NCBI GenBank assembly: GCA_031423795.1
Contig: JANPGH010000072.1
Coordinates: 1,317-65,316 of the forward strand
DNA length: 64,000 nucleotides
Direction of reading: 5' to 3'
Origin: Elusimicrobiota bacterium
GTDB taxonomy: Bacteria > Elusimicrobiota > Elusimicrobia > UBA1565 > UBA9628
The translations under genes were made by a program, and so were the position numbers. Shown piece by piece: positions 9,104 through 18,129 of this stretch; positions within the stretch are counted from its first letter, which is position 1; the number at the start of each line of letters is the position of its first letter. Below the pieces are notes generated by a model. The model was not told the DNA's origin. It was given only the letters and a program-made list of their open reading frames with translations, and ran no database searches.

Positions 9104-10129
9104 ATGTCCAAGCGCATCGCAATTCTGACGGGCGGCGGAGACTGCCCCGGACTCAATCCCGCCATTCGCGGCGTCGTGCTTAAGGCGGCCAAACTCGGCT
9201 ACGAGTGCGTCGGCATCCAAGAAGGCTGGAAGGGCATGATCAACGCCGATGCCAAGCCGCTGGGCCCCGACGACGTCCGCGAGATCGTCGGTAAAGGCGG
9301 CACCATTCTCGGGACGTCGCGCACGAACCCTTACAAGAAAGAAGGCGGCGTTGCGAAGGTGCTGGAAACGTTCAAGAAGCTTGATCTTCATGCCCTCGTG
9401 GCCCTCGGCGGCGAAGACACGCTGGGAGTCGCCGCGAAGCTTTTCAAGGAGCACAAATCCAACGTGATCGGCGTTCCGAAAACGATGGACAACGATCTCA
9501 ACGCAACTGATTATACGTTCGGCTTCGACACGTCGGTCACCATCGCGGTCGACGCGGCCGAACGTCTGATAGACACCGGACGCTCCCATCGCCGTGTGAT
9601 GGTCCTCGAAGTCATGGGACGACACGCCGGCTGGGTCTCGCTTTTTACCGCGATCGCCTCGGGCGCCGACTATTATTGCCTGCCCGAGCGGCCAGTCGAC
9701 GTCAAAGAGCTGTGCGCGAAGGTGACTGCCGCTCACGCCAAAAAGAAAGTGGCCCTCGTCGTTGCGTCGGAGGCAGTCGACATTTCCGGGGAAAAGAAGG
9801 ACGAGAAACTCGATGAGTTCGGGCATATGATCCTTAAAGACCGCGGCGTCGCTGAACGTCTGGCCAAGATCATCGAAACCGAAACCAAGCTCGAGACCCG
9901 TCACGCCGTGATCGGCCACATCCAGCGCGGCGGCGCGCCGACTCTGTTCGACCGCATTCTCGGCACCCGGGTTGGGGTGAAGGCCGCAGAACTCGTCCAT
10001 GAAGGGAAGTTCGGGAACATGGTCGCCTTGAAAGGCGACGCCGTCGTTCCCGTCAGCCTTGAAGCTGCGACCGCCCAACTCAAGGTCGTGCCCAAGGAGT
10101 GGCTGAAGTTCGCCGACGACCTACTCTAA
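9104..10129 (+). CDS. pfp: 6-phosphofructokinase, group III (mixed-substrate clade), probably PPi-dependent
   Basis: TGGGDCPGLN, GGEDT, PKTMDND, EVMGRHAGW and GHIQRGG motifs. Confidence 0.88.
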   Translation: MSKRIAILTGGGDCPGLNPAIRGVVLKAAKLGYECVGIQEGWKGMINADAKPLGPDDVREIVGKGGTILGTSRTNPYKKEGGVAKVLETFKKLDLHALVALGGEDTLGVAAKLFKEHKSNVIGVPKTMDNDLNATDYTFGFDTSVTIAVDAAERLIDTGRSHRRVMVLEVMGRHAGWVSLFTAIASGADYYCLPERPVDVKELCAKVTAAHAKKKVALVVASEAVDISGEKKDEKLDEFGHMILKDRGVAERLAKIIETETKLETRHAVIGHIQRGGAPTLFDRILGTRVGVKAAELVHEGKFGNMVALKGDAVVPVSLEAATAQLKVVPKEWLKFADDLL

Positions 10130-10143
10130 CCCCCAGGGGGAAC

Positions 10144-10710
10144 ATGGCCCAAATCGACACGAAGCGATTCCAGCGGAAAACGGTCCTCATCAAAAGCTCC
10201 CTTCAGTGGAAGTACATTGGGATGGTGTTTTTGAGCGTGCTGATCGCATCCATGATAGTGGGCGGAGACGTGTACTATTCGCTGACACGAGTGCTGCTGA
10301 CTGAATGCCCCCCAGTCGCAAGCCAGGTGATCCAATTCAACGGCGTGATCGTGCTCAAATTCGTTATCTACCTGGTCTTGATGTTGATGGTTTCGGCGTA
10401 CGTCTCGCACCGCTTCGCCGGGCCGATTTATCGATTCGAGAAGAGCGCCCAGATCGTTTCCGAGGGAGACCTCACTCACCGGGTCTCTTTGCGCACCGGC
10501 GATGAACTGATGGAGCTGCAGGAAGAATTTAACGGCATGCTTTCGGGGCTGCGCGCCTTGGTCCAAAAAGATCGCAATCTCGCCCAACGTCTCTCGGAGC
10601 GCGTCGATAAAATCGTCAAGAAACTGCCCGAGAACGCAGAAGGCGTGCGCGAAGATCTCCGCGAACTCAAGGTCGAGCTCGCCCATCTAACGAAGTCGTT
10701 CAAGGTTTAA
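10144..10710 (+). CDS. Two-TM HAMP-domain membrane protein with a short coiled coil and no output domain
   Basis: Two hydrophobic helices, then SHRFAGPIYRF...GDLTHRVSLRTGDELMEL HAMP signature. Confidence 0.8.
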   Translation: MAQIDTKRFQRKTVLIKSSLQWKYIGMVFLSVLIASMIVGGDVYYSLTRVLLTECPPVASQVIQFNGVIVLKFVIYLVLMLMVSAYVSHRFAGPIYRFEKSAQIVSEGDLTHRVSLRTGDELMELQEEFNGMLSGLRALVQKDRNLAQRLSERVDKIVKKLPENAEGVREDLRELKVELAHLTKSFKV

Positions 10711-10719
10711 GTGATTTCG

Positions 10720-11994
10720 ATGCGATTTGTCGTACTTTCTGTCGCCATCCTCGCACTCTCCCCTTCCACGATACGGGCCGAGGAGATCGTTTCTCCCGAC
10801 CGGGTTTATACGCTGGAAGATTCCCTGCGATTCTTAAGAAACGACCCGAGGCTGCAATCGGCGGAGCAGGACGTCATCATCGCCGAGTCCCGGGTGACCG
10901 AAGCCCAGCTCCGTTTTCTTCCCGAGATCGGCATCCAAGCCAGCGCGACGAAATACAACGCTCTCTACCCGTTCTCCCTCTCTCAAGATTTTCGCAATAT
11001 CCTATTGTTCCCAAGTTCGAACGACAACATTTATTCAGGCCGGACATATTTCAATATGCCCCTGTACGAGGGTCAAAGAACCCAAAACACGTACCGCCTC
11101 GCCCAGGCGGGACAAAAACAGGCGCTCGCCAATCGCGACTCGGTGAAAATGGACTTGATCCTCCAGCTGAAATCGGTATTTTACCGATTGCTCCTCGCCC
11201 AGGAACGCTCTGCGGCGGCCGCCGAAAGCCTCTCGGCCCTCGAACACGCCGCCACCAACGGTGGACTGGGAGCGTGGGAGGCCGTCGAGGTTGAAGCGGC
11301 CCTGGCGACCGCACGCTCCCGTTCGGCGGAAAACACTCACGAGCTGAGCAATGCGCGCTTGGAATTTCTCAAGATGCTCAACCTCGAACTGGACACTCCT
11401 TTCCGCGTCTCCGGCAGCCTTTCGTCCTCGCCGGTGAAAGTCGAAGTGGAACGCGCAGTGCTTTGGGCGATGGAACTGCGCCCCGAACTCCAGTCTCAAA
11501 CCTACAAGGCCCAGGCCGATTCGATCGGGGTGAATCTGGCCTTCGGGCGTCGCTATCCGACGGTTTTCGTCGCGGGCGATTACGAATTGACCTCCCAGAC
11601 GTTCCCGATCAATAAAAATAATTGGGATGTCACCGTTGGGGTCAAGCTTCCGTTCACATACGACTTGTTCAGCCAACTCAAGCAAAAACGCGCAGAACAG
11701 CGCCAAGGACAGCTCGCGCGCGCAGATCTCCAAGATCGAGTTCGGCTTGAAGTCCGTCAGGCTGCGAATTCGCTCAATTTCTGGCAAGAAGAACTGCCCC
11801 GGCGCGAAAAACAGTGGCGCCGCGTTCAATCCCTCTACGATGCCGCCTCTGGAAAAACCGGCGTCGTCCTGTCTCGCATCCGCGCGCGCGAGGGCCTTTT
11901 GGAATTGCGACTCGGCTATCTCACCGCGGTCACCGAGCATCTCCTGGCCCGGACGCGGCTTGAACGCGCCGTGGGCCGGGAGATCGCGCCTTGA
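10720..11994 (+). CDS. TolC-family outer membrane protein
   Basis: Signal peptide; two OEP-like repeats (FLPEI...MPLYEG, RPEL, YPTV, KLPF); ends LERAVG. Confidence 0.82.
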   Translation: MRFVVLSVAILALSPSTIRAEEIVSPDRVYTLEDSLRFLRNDPRLQSAEQDVIIAESRVTEAQLRFLPEIGIQASATKYNALYPFSLSQDFRNILLFPSSNDNIYSGRTYFNMPLYEGQRTQNTYRLAQAGQKQALANRDSVKMDLILQLKSVFYRLLLAQERSAAAAESLSALEHAATNGGLGAWEAVEVEAALATARSRSAENTHELSNARLEFLKMLNLELDTPFRVSGSLSSSPVKVEVERAVLWAMELRPELQSQTYKAQADSIGVNLAFGRRYPTVFVAGDYELTSQTFPINKNNWDVTVGVKLPFTYDLFSQLKQKRAEQRQGQLARADLQDRVRLEVRQAANSLNFWQEELPRREKQWRRVQSLYDAASGKTGVVLSRIRAREGLLELRLGYLTAVTEHLLARTRLERAVGREIAP

Positions 11995-12965
11995 CGCACT
12001 CGCTAATCATCCTCCTGGCCGCACTCGTCGCGCTGACGTCGCTTGCGGCAGCCGCCCCGGATCTTTCTGCTGACGGGCTTTTACGCGACCATCTATGGCG
12101 GGAGGTTCAGAACGCGCCGGCGGAGCGCCGCCCAAAGGTCGGCCTGGTCTTGTCCGCGGGATCTTTGCGTGGAACGGCGCACGTCGGGGTCATTAAGGTC
12201 CTAGATCAAGCCGGATTTCCAATCGACGTGATCGCCGGCACTTCAATGGGCGCCGTCGTCGGCTCGCTTTACGCCGGCGGAATTAATCCCGACAAGATTT
12301 GGGAAATCGCGGCTAAGCTGCGCCTGGGCAGCGGCAACAACCTTTCGGGTCGGCATCTCTTTTCCCTTCTCTTCTTTGATCAACTGCTTTCTTCTCAAAA
12401 CACCGAGCGGCTGGTTCGTGCCCTTCTTTCCGGAAGGCGCTTCGACGAACTGCGCAAGCCGTTCGCCTGCGTTTCGATGGACATTTACACCGGGGAGACC
12501 GTTATTTTCCGCGATGGCGAAGTCGCCCCCGCAGTGCGCGCAAGCATGAACATCCCCGGTGTTTTCCAGCCGCTGGAATACCGCCATCGCTACTTGGTTG
12601 ACGGAGGCGTGATCGATTATATTCCGGTCGATGCGGCGCGACTATTAGACGCCGAGTGGACGATCGCTAGTGTCACCGAAAGCGACTATACGGCCGCGCG
12701 CCCTAAGACCGTCCTCGATGCCTTGGAACAAGTCATCGACATTCGCGGATCTTACTTATCCCGCGAACAGCGCAAGCAGGCGGATTTTATCGTGGAACCG
12801 GCTGTCGGAGATATCGGCGTCTTCGAAGACCTGCGTATTACAGAAGCCATGGAAAAGGGCGTGATCGCCGCCGCTAAAAATCTCTCGGCCGCAAAAGAAA
12901 GCCTGATTCTCGCGTCCTTTGCGAAACTACTCAAGGGGTGGGTAGCCCAGGGGAGCGCGCGATGA
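11991..12965 (+). CDS. Exported patatin-like phospholipase
   Basis: Signal peptide; LSAGSLRG, GTSMG, ASMNIPG and DGG motifs; TTG start overlaps the TolC stop. Confidence 0.87.
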   Translation: MTHSLIILLAALVALTSLAAAAPDLSADGLLRDHLWREVQNAPAERRPKVGLVLSAGSLRGTAHVGVIKVLDQAGFPIDVIAGTSMGAVVGSLYAGGINPDKIWEIAAKLRLGSGNNLSGRHLFSLLFFDQLLSSQNTERLVRALLSGRRFDELRKPFACVSMDIYTGETVIFRDGEVAPAVRASMNIPGVFQPLEYRHRYLVDGGVIDYIPVDAARLLDAEWTIASVTESDYTAARPKTVLDALEQVIDIRGSYLSREQRKQADFIVEPAVGDIGVFEDLRITEAMEKGVIAAAKNLSAAKESLILASFAKLLKGWVAQGSAR

Positions 12966-13951
12966 CGCGTTGGGTTTTGCGCGTTCTGCTCCTGGGCGCG
13001 TGCGCAGCGCCCGCCGCCGCCTGGCAAATGTTCGGACAGCCCTCGGACGGCAAGATCCGCCCAGTGCAGCACTTGCATGACGACGGGAAAATTCGCGAAA
13101 CACTGGCCGCGTTGTCCCCGGAATTCATCGCTACGCTGCGCGGCACCGACCTCCGGCAGGCCTACATCCTGATGGGAGACAACCTTCGTAAGCTCGGTAA
13201 ATTGGACGAGGCGCTGGGGCAGTATCAGTTAGGCGTCAGCCTGTTTCCGACCAACGTGGATTTGCTGGTGCGCCAAGCGATGGTGCTCCACGAAAGCGGC
13301 CTCGACGAGCGCGCTCGCCCGTTATTCATGCGCGCCCTGGCCATCGAACCGCGCCACTGGAACGCCCACCAAGGCCTGGCCGAAATCGACCGCGACAGCG
13401 GATTTTTGGATCGCGCGGCTTCGCACTATGAAATCGCGCTGGAATCCCTCGAAAAGCGCGCCAACGTTTGGCGCGATTATGCGGAAGTGCTTCTGCGTTT
13501 GCGCGAGTACAAGACGGCAGGCCTGGCCCTGCATAAATCCTTGGAACTCGAGCCCGGAAGCTCTGACGCGCATATTCTCCTGGCTTTCGCCCGCCGCGCG
13601 CAAAACGACGTGGACGGCGCCCAAGAAGAGTTGGGTGAAGCCGAAAAACTTGGCGCGGGCGTCGGTGCCCAGCGCGCGAAGGCGCTGTTCTTTTTGGAAG
13701 CCGGACGGCGACGCGAGGCGCAGGCCGCCGCGGAAACCATTCTCAAAAGCGTTCCAAATGACGGTGCGGCCCTTTGGGTGCGCGCACGCCTGCGTCTGGC
13801 GCAAGGTGACGCCGCGGGTGCCTTGCGTGATTTGACCGCCATGAACATGGACAACGAACACTTGTCTTTCACCATCGCCGCGGCCCGCAAGCTCTCCGAT
13901 GAAATTAAAAAGATGAATCTGCGGCGCGAGGACGCCTCCCTCAAGCAATGA
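12962..13951 (+). CDS. Exported tetratricopeptide repeat protein
   Basis: Signal peptide with AAA cleavage site; repeated TPR helices; ATGA overlaps at both ends. Confidence 0.82.
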   Translation: MTRWVLRVLLLGACAAPAAAWQMFGQPSDGKIRPVQHLHDDGKIRETLAALSPEFIATLRGTDLRQAYILMGDNLRKLGKLDEALGQYQLGVSLFPTNVDLLVRQAMVLHESGLDERARPLFMRALAIEPRHWNAHQGLAEIDRDSGFLDRAASHYEIALESLEKRANVWRDYAEVLLRLREYKTAGLALHKSLELEPGSSDAHILLAFARRAQNDVDGAQEELGEAEKLGAGVGAQRAKALFFLEAGRRREAQAAAETILKSVPNDGAALWVRARLRLAQGDAAGALRDLTAMNMDNEHLSFTIAAARKLSDEIKKMNLRREDASLKQ

Positions 13952-14727
13952 AAACCCCATTTTGGAAAATGTCCGGGGCCGGCAACGATTTCATCGTGCT
14001 CAAGGGCCTGCTCGGCCGCCGCGGAAGCCGCCTTGCGCAGGCGCTGTGCGACCGCCGCTCCGGCATCGGGGCCGACGGTCTGCTCGGCCTGTCGCACTCG
14101 CGGTCTGGCACGCGCATCGACTACTGGAACGCGGATGGATCCTACGCTTTTTGTGGCAACGGCACTAGATGCGGCGCGCTTTGGGCTCGTGCTCAAGGAT
14201 GGGTCAATGACCCGCGCTTTCGCGTGCGCACGATATGCGGAACATTGGACGTACGCATGACCGGAAAACAACGCGCGGAAGTCTCCATGCCAGAGCCAAA
14301 AAACTTGCGTTTAGGACTGCGTCTTAAGGCGCTCGGGCGCTCGCATTCGGCCCACTTCGTCGACACGGGCGTGCCTCATGCCGTGGTATTTGTTTCCAAT
14401 GTTGAAAACGTCGACGTAAAATCGCTTGGACGCGCGCTGCGTTTCCACCCCGCATTCGGTCGAGCGGGAGCAAACGCCGACTTCGTTCAGATACGCAACG
14501 GAACTCTCCATTTACGAACCTATGAGCGCGGCGTCGAAGACGAGACCTTGGCATGCGGCACCGGAATCGTCGCGGCCGCCGCCGTCGCCCGCGCGCGCGG
14601 CAAAGCCGGCGACCGCGTCAAGGTCCGTGTGCGCGGCGGAGAGACGCTTCGCGTCTTTTTTAATAACTCCCAAACCCGACTGGAAGGCCCTGGACTGATC
14701 ACGTTTCGCGGAGAGGTCGCACTATGA
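13948..14727 (+). CDS. dapF: Diaminopimelate epimerase
   Basis: KMSGAGNDF, CGNGTRC, TGVPH and YERGVEDETLACGTG motifs. Confidence 0.96.
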   Translation: MKTPFWKMSGAGNDFIVLKGLLGRRGSRLAQALCDRRSGIGADGLLGLSHSRSGTRIDYWNADGSYAFCGNGTRCGALWARAQGWVNDPRFRVRTICGTLDVRMTGKQRAEVSMPEPKNLRLGLRLKALGRSHSAHFVDTGVPHAVVFVSNVENVDVKSLGRALRFHPAFGRAGANADFVQIRNGTLHLRTYERGVEDETLACGTGIVAAAAVARARGKAGDRVKVRVRGGETLRVFFNNSQTRLEGPGLITFRGEVAL

Positions 14728-15605
14728 AATTCGAAGGCACATTTGTCGCGTTGGTCACTCCGTTCAACGCCTCTGGCCGTCTGGACGAATCGGGCTATCG
14801 CGCGCTGATCCGCAAGCAGCTCAAGTCTGGGATCAATGGCCTGGTTCCGTGCGGTTCGACTGGCGAAGGCGCGACGCTAACTCGGGACGAGTACCGGCGC
14901 TGTCTGATAATCTGCATGGAAGAATCCCAGGGCGACGTACCCGTGATGCCCGGAATCGGGACGAACGCGACCTGGAAAGCACTCGAAGAAGCGCGGGAGG
15001 CGGAAAGCCTGGGCGTTGACGCGCTATTGGTTCTTGCTCCTTACTACAACAAGCCTACCCAGGAAGGGCTGTATCAGCATTACGCGGTGATCGCCCGCCA
15101 AACGCGGCTGCCGGTAATGATTTACAACATCCCTAGCCGTTGCGCGGTGAACATCGCGCCTTCCACCATCGTCCGATTGGCGCGCGATTTTAAAAATATA
15201 GCCGCGGTGAAAGAAGCCTCCGGCAACCTGGACCAAGTTTCTGAAATCATCGCGACGGCACCAAAAGGCTTCGTCGTAATGTCCGGCGACGATAATCTGA
15301 CCCTGCCGATGCTGTCGGTCGGCGCGCGGGGCGTAGTCTCGGTCGTCGCGAACATCGCCCCAAAAGAAATCGCCGCGATGGTCTCCGCGTTCCTCAACGG
15401 CGACGCCAAAAAAGCGGCCGCCCTGCACCGAACATTGTTCCCCTTGGTTAAGTCGCTGTTCATCGAAACCAACCCGATCCCGGTCAAAGCAGCTCTCGGG
15501 TTAATGGGCCTGTGCGACCCCCGACCCCGCCTCCCGCTGACTCCGCTTTCGAAGTCCGCCGCGCCGCCATTGAAGGGGGCGCTTAAGAAGTTCGGCCTGA
15601 TCTAG
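14724..15605 (+). CDS. dapA: 4-hydroxy-tetrahydrodipicolinate synthase
   Basis: ALVTPF, GSTGE, PYYNKP, YNIPSR, VKEAS and ETNPIPVK motifs. Confidence 0.96.
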   Translation: MKFEGTFVALVTPFNASGRLDESGYRALIRKQLKSGINGLVPCGSTGEGATLTRDEYRRCLIICMEESQGDVPVMPGIGTNATWKALEEAREAESLGVDALLVLAPYYNKPTQEGLYQHYAVIARQTRLPVMIYNIPSRCAVNIAPSTIVRLARDFKNIAAVKEASGNLDQVSEIIATAPKGFVVMSGDDNLTLPMLSVGARGVVSVVANIAPKEIAAMVSAFLNGDAKKAAALHRTLFPLVKSLFIETNPIPVKAALGLMGLCDPRPRLPLTPLSKSAAPPLKGALKKFGLI

Positions 15606-15720
15606 AGGCGCCTTCGCGACCGCGTTGTGAACATAGGACTTTTGGCACCCGCGACTCGGTCTGCCAGGCCCATGCGAGCGGTGCGCACGCAGCGAAATCA
15701 TAGACCGTATCGCCGAATGC

Positions 15721-16695
15721 GTGCGCAGTGATATCCGCTCCGCGGCGGCCGATGATTCTCCCCGGGACCCCGCCCTCTCCCTCAACGAAGGCGACATGCA
15801 CCGAATCCAGCGTCAAACGGGACCCTTATCAGTTAATGATCTCAATCGCTTGGCGGGGCTGGAAACGTCCGTCTCCGAATTCGCCGTCCCGCTGGCCTCG
15901 ATCATCGCCGCAGCGGCCCAGCAATTCTCCACGCGATTGACGGCCGTAGAGAGAAACATGGTCGCCGTTGGAATTTATTATTCCCGCCTGTTGTCTGACG
16001 ATTACACGACTAGCCAATTGGCCTCCGGCCTTATGGCTCAAGTCGGCTTCAACGCCCGACCGATTGTCGAGGCTGAGCGTTTACTGTCTTCGGTCCGGAA
16101 CGACGCCCGGGCCATCTACTCCCTCGTCTCGCGCATGAACCCGGAAACGCGACGCCTCTTCCTCCTCAACGAAGTCTCCTACACCTTCTCTGCACTGCGC
16201 GATGCCCGTTACGGAATGCCTTTCTTTCTCATGGCCGTCGAGACCTTGTCCGCGCCCGACGACCTGCTTTTGTTCCTGTCGAAAAATATGGAGGCGATCA
16301 AGGTAAGTCCCCCTATTCTCCTTGATTTCATGCTGACGTCCATACGCAAAGCGGGCCCCGCGCCCTCTATGAAAACCGACAGCTTATGCGCCTTGACGTC
16401 TTTGCTTGATCGTCAGATGCGATCGGATATGCTGCCCGTATTCGCGCGTCATCGGGAAATCCTGTCGTCCCTGACTTCCGCGGCCCAACGCGAATCTGGA
16501 GCCATGTGCTTCCCGCAGAACGGAAATAGCGAGAAACTGCCTGCCTTCAACCTGCGTATAATGAAAAAATTTTCGGCATGGGCTACTTCCCCAAGAATGA
16601 GGGGACGAGTGTCGCCGAAACTGTCAATGGTTGTTCGGACTCTGATTTCACGGATCAATTTCCGTCGCGAGCTATCCAGACGTATACGCCGCTGA
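15721..16695 (+). CDS. Hypothetical protein; start uncertain, possibly frameshifted near its 3' end
   Basis: 324-codon ORF filling the dapA-gmhB gap; no recognised motif. Confidence 0.45.
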   Translation: MRSDIRSAAADDSPRDPALSLNEGDMHRIQRQTGPLSVNDLNRLAGLETSVSEFAVPLASIIAAAAQQFSTRLTAVERNMVAVGIYYSRLLSDDYTTSQLASGLMAQVGFNARPIVEAERLLSSVRNDARAIYSLVSRMNPETRRLFLLNEVSYTFSALRDARYGMPFFLMAVETLSAPDDLLLFLSKNMEAIKVSPPILLDFMLTSIRKAGPAPSMKTDSLCALTSLLDRQMRSDMLPVFARHREILSSLTSAAQRESGAMCFPQNGNSEKLPAFNLRIMKKFSAWATSPRMRGRVSPKLSMVVRTLISRINFRRELSRRIRR

Positions 16696-16901
16696 CCGAT
16701 TTCTATGGCACCTATCTCGAACGTTTCGGATGTAAAATCGCCTTGCAAATTGTCCACTCCGGTGGCCTTGCTCACGTAAGAATAACTACCATCAGCTCGG
16801 CCGGCCCCGCCCAGACTGTGCAACGTTCCAACACCGGCGCGAGTCGGGAAAAAATAGAATCCGCACTGAGAACGATTAGGTTGGGGCTTACGACGCCCTG
16901 A
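16578..16901 (+). CDS. Hypothetical ORF, possibly the frameshifted C-terminus of 15721..16695
   Basis: Frame is open from 16530 and overlaps the previous ORF by more than 100 bp. Confidence 0.3.
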   Translation: MGYFPKNEGTSVAETVNGCSDSDFTDQFPSRAIQTYTPLTDFYGTYLERFGCKIALQIVHSGGLAHVRITTISSAGPAQTVQRSNTGASREKIESALRTIRLGLTTP

Positions 16902-17448
16902 CACGCCCGATAATCCAGCGCGCTGCCGCGGCCAAGTTGTTACAGCGTCGGTCGGGCTTCACGTTATAACGGCGGTCGCGTCCTGCATAGCCGGTGCGAA
17001 CCAAAATGGATGTGCAGCCAGCGTTGCACGCCGTTTTAATATCGGTGGTCGTATCGCCGACAAAGTAGGAGGCCTTCAAATCCAAGCCGAAGCGGCGCTT
17101 GGCGGCCAAAAGCATCCCGCTGCCGGGCTTGCGCATCGGATGGCCGCTATCGGGATGGTGCGGCGAAAAATAAAGCGCATCCCACTTCGCCCCGGATTTG
17201 GCGAGCCGCTTCTTAAGCTCGCGATGGATGCGGCCGAGTTGGGCGAGGCTGAAAAAGCCGCGCGCCACTCCCGACTGGTTGGTGACGACCACGACCTTAA
17301 ATCCCGCCGCGCGCAAATCCTTGATCGCGCGCGCGGCGCCAGGAAGGACCGTCAGTTGGGAGATTCGGCTAAGATAGTCAACCTCGCGTACGATGACTCC
17401 GTCGCGATCAAGGAACACTGCTCGACGAGGCTCTCCCGCTGATTTCAC
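16888..17448 (-). CDS. gmhB: D,D-heptose 1,7-bisphosphate phosphatase-like HAD-IIIA hydrolase
   Basis: FLDRDGV, VTNQSGVARG, RKPGSGM, VGD and VRTGY motifs. Confidence 0.88.
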   Translation of the reverse strand: MKSAGEPRRAVFLDRDGVIVREVDYLSRISQLTVLPGAARAIKDLRAAGFKVVVVTNQSGVARGFFSLAQLGRIHRELKKRLAKSGAKWDALYFSPHHPDSGHPMRKPGSGMLLAAKRRFGLDLKASYFVGDTTTDIKTACNAGCTSILVRTGYAGRDRRYNVKPDRRCNNLAAAARWIIGRVRAS

Positions 17449-17454
17449 GCCTGA

Positions 17455-17511
17455 ATTCTACTTTTTTGGGATATCGCGTTCAGAATTTCCAGCAGATAGA
17501 AAAGCTAGAAT
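17455..17511. promoter_or_regulatory. Divergent -10 boxes for gmhB and glutathione peroxidase
   Basis: TAGAAT on - (17460-17455) and on + (17506-17511), each 6 nt before its start codon. Confidence 0.65.
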
Positions 17512-17517
17512 CGGCGC

Positions 17518-18117
17518 ATGCCGCTGCAGGAGTTGGGCCGCCGCTTCTCTCTGGCGTTGGTATCGACCTTTTTCGCCGTCGGGTCGGCCTTCGCCAAAAA
17601 ACAGGAGATCGATCCGATGCAAGCCGATAAAACTGCCGGACGCGTCCACGAATTCGAGATGAAGACGATCGACGGCAAGATTAAGAAGCTTGCCGACTAC
17701 AAAGGCCATGTTTTCCTGATCGTTAACACGGCGTCGCTGTGCGGATTCACCCCCCAATACAAGGATCTCGAGGATCTTTACAAGAAATACGAATCCAAGG
17801 GCTTCAAGATCGCCGCCTTCCCGGCCAATGAATTCGGCGCCCAGGAACCGGGCTCCGACGCCGATATCAAGAAATTCTGTATGACGAAATACTCGGTTTC
17901 TTTCGACCTATACTCCAAAATCGCGGTGAAGGGCATGGAGACCCACCCCCTCTTCGACTACCTGACCAAGGAGTCCGGATTTCCCGGCGATATCCCGTGG
18001 AATTTCACAAAATTCCTTGTCGACAAAAAAGGGAAGGTGGTTGGACGCTTCAATCCTGACGTGAATCCTGCGGGCAAGGAAGTAGCCGCGGCGATCGATA
18101 AGGCCCTCGCGGACTGA
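17518..18117 (+). CDS. Glutathione peroxidase family peroxidase (Cys type) with N-terminal export signal
   Basis: NTASLCGFTPQY, FPANEFGAQEPG and IPWNFTKFL motifs; second Cys in KFCMTKY. Confidence 0.92.
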   Translation: MPLQELGRRFSLALVSTFFAVGSAFAKKQEIDPMQADKTAGRVHEFEMKTIDGKIKKLADYKGHVFLIVNTASLCGFTPQYKDLEDLYKKYESKGFKIAAFPANEFGAQEPGSDADIKKFCMTKYSVSFDLYSKIAVKGMETHPLFDYLTKESGFPGDIPWNFTKFLVDKKGKVVGRFNPDVNPAGKEVAAAIDKALAD

Positions 18118-18129
18118 TCAGGCGTTGGG

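Noticed and set aside
9053-10078. 341-aa antisense ORF over the phosphofructokinase, and similar long shadows (2627..3721, 7494..8456, 11035..11940, 34366..35184)
   Set aside because: Opposite-strand or alternate-frame ORFs over motif-bearing genes; expected from GC-rich codon bias; no motifs
17518-18117. Selenocysteine in the glutathione peroxidase
   Set aside because: The active-site codon is TGC (Cys); there is no in-frame TGA
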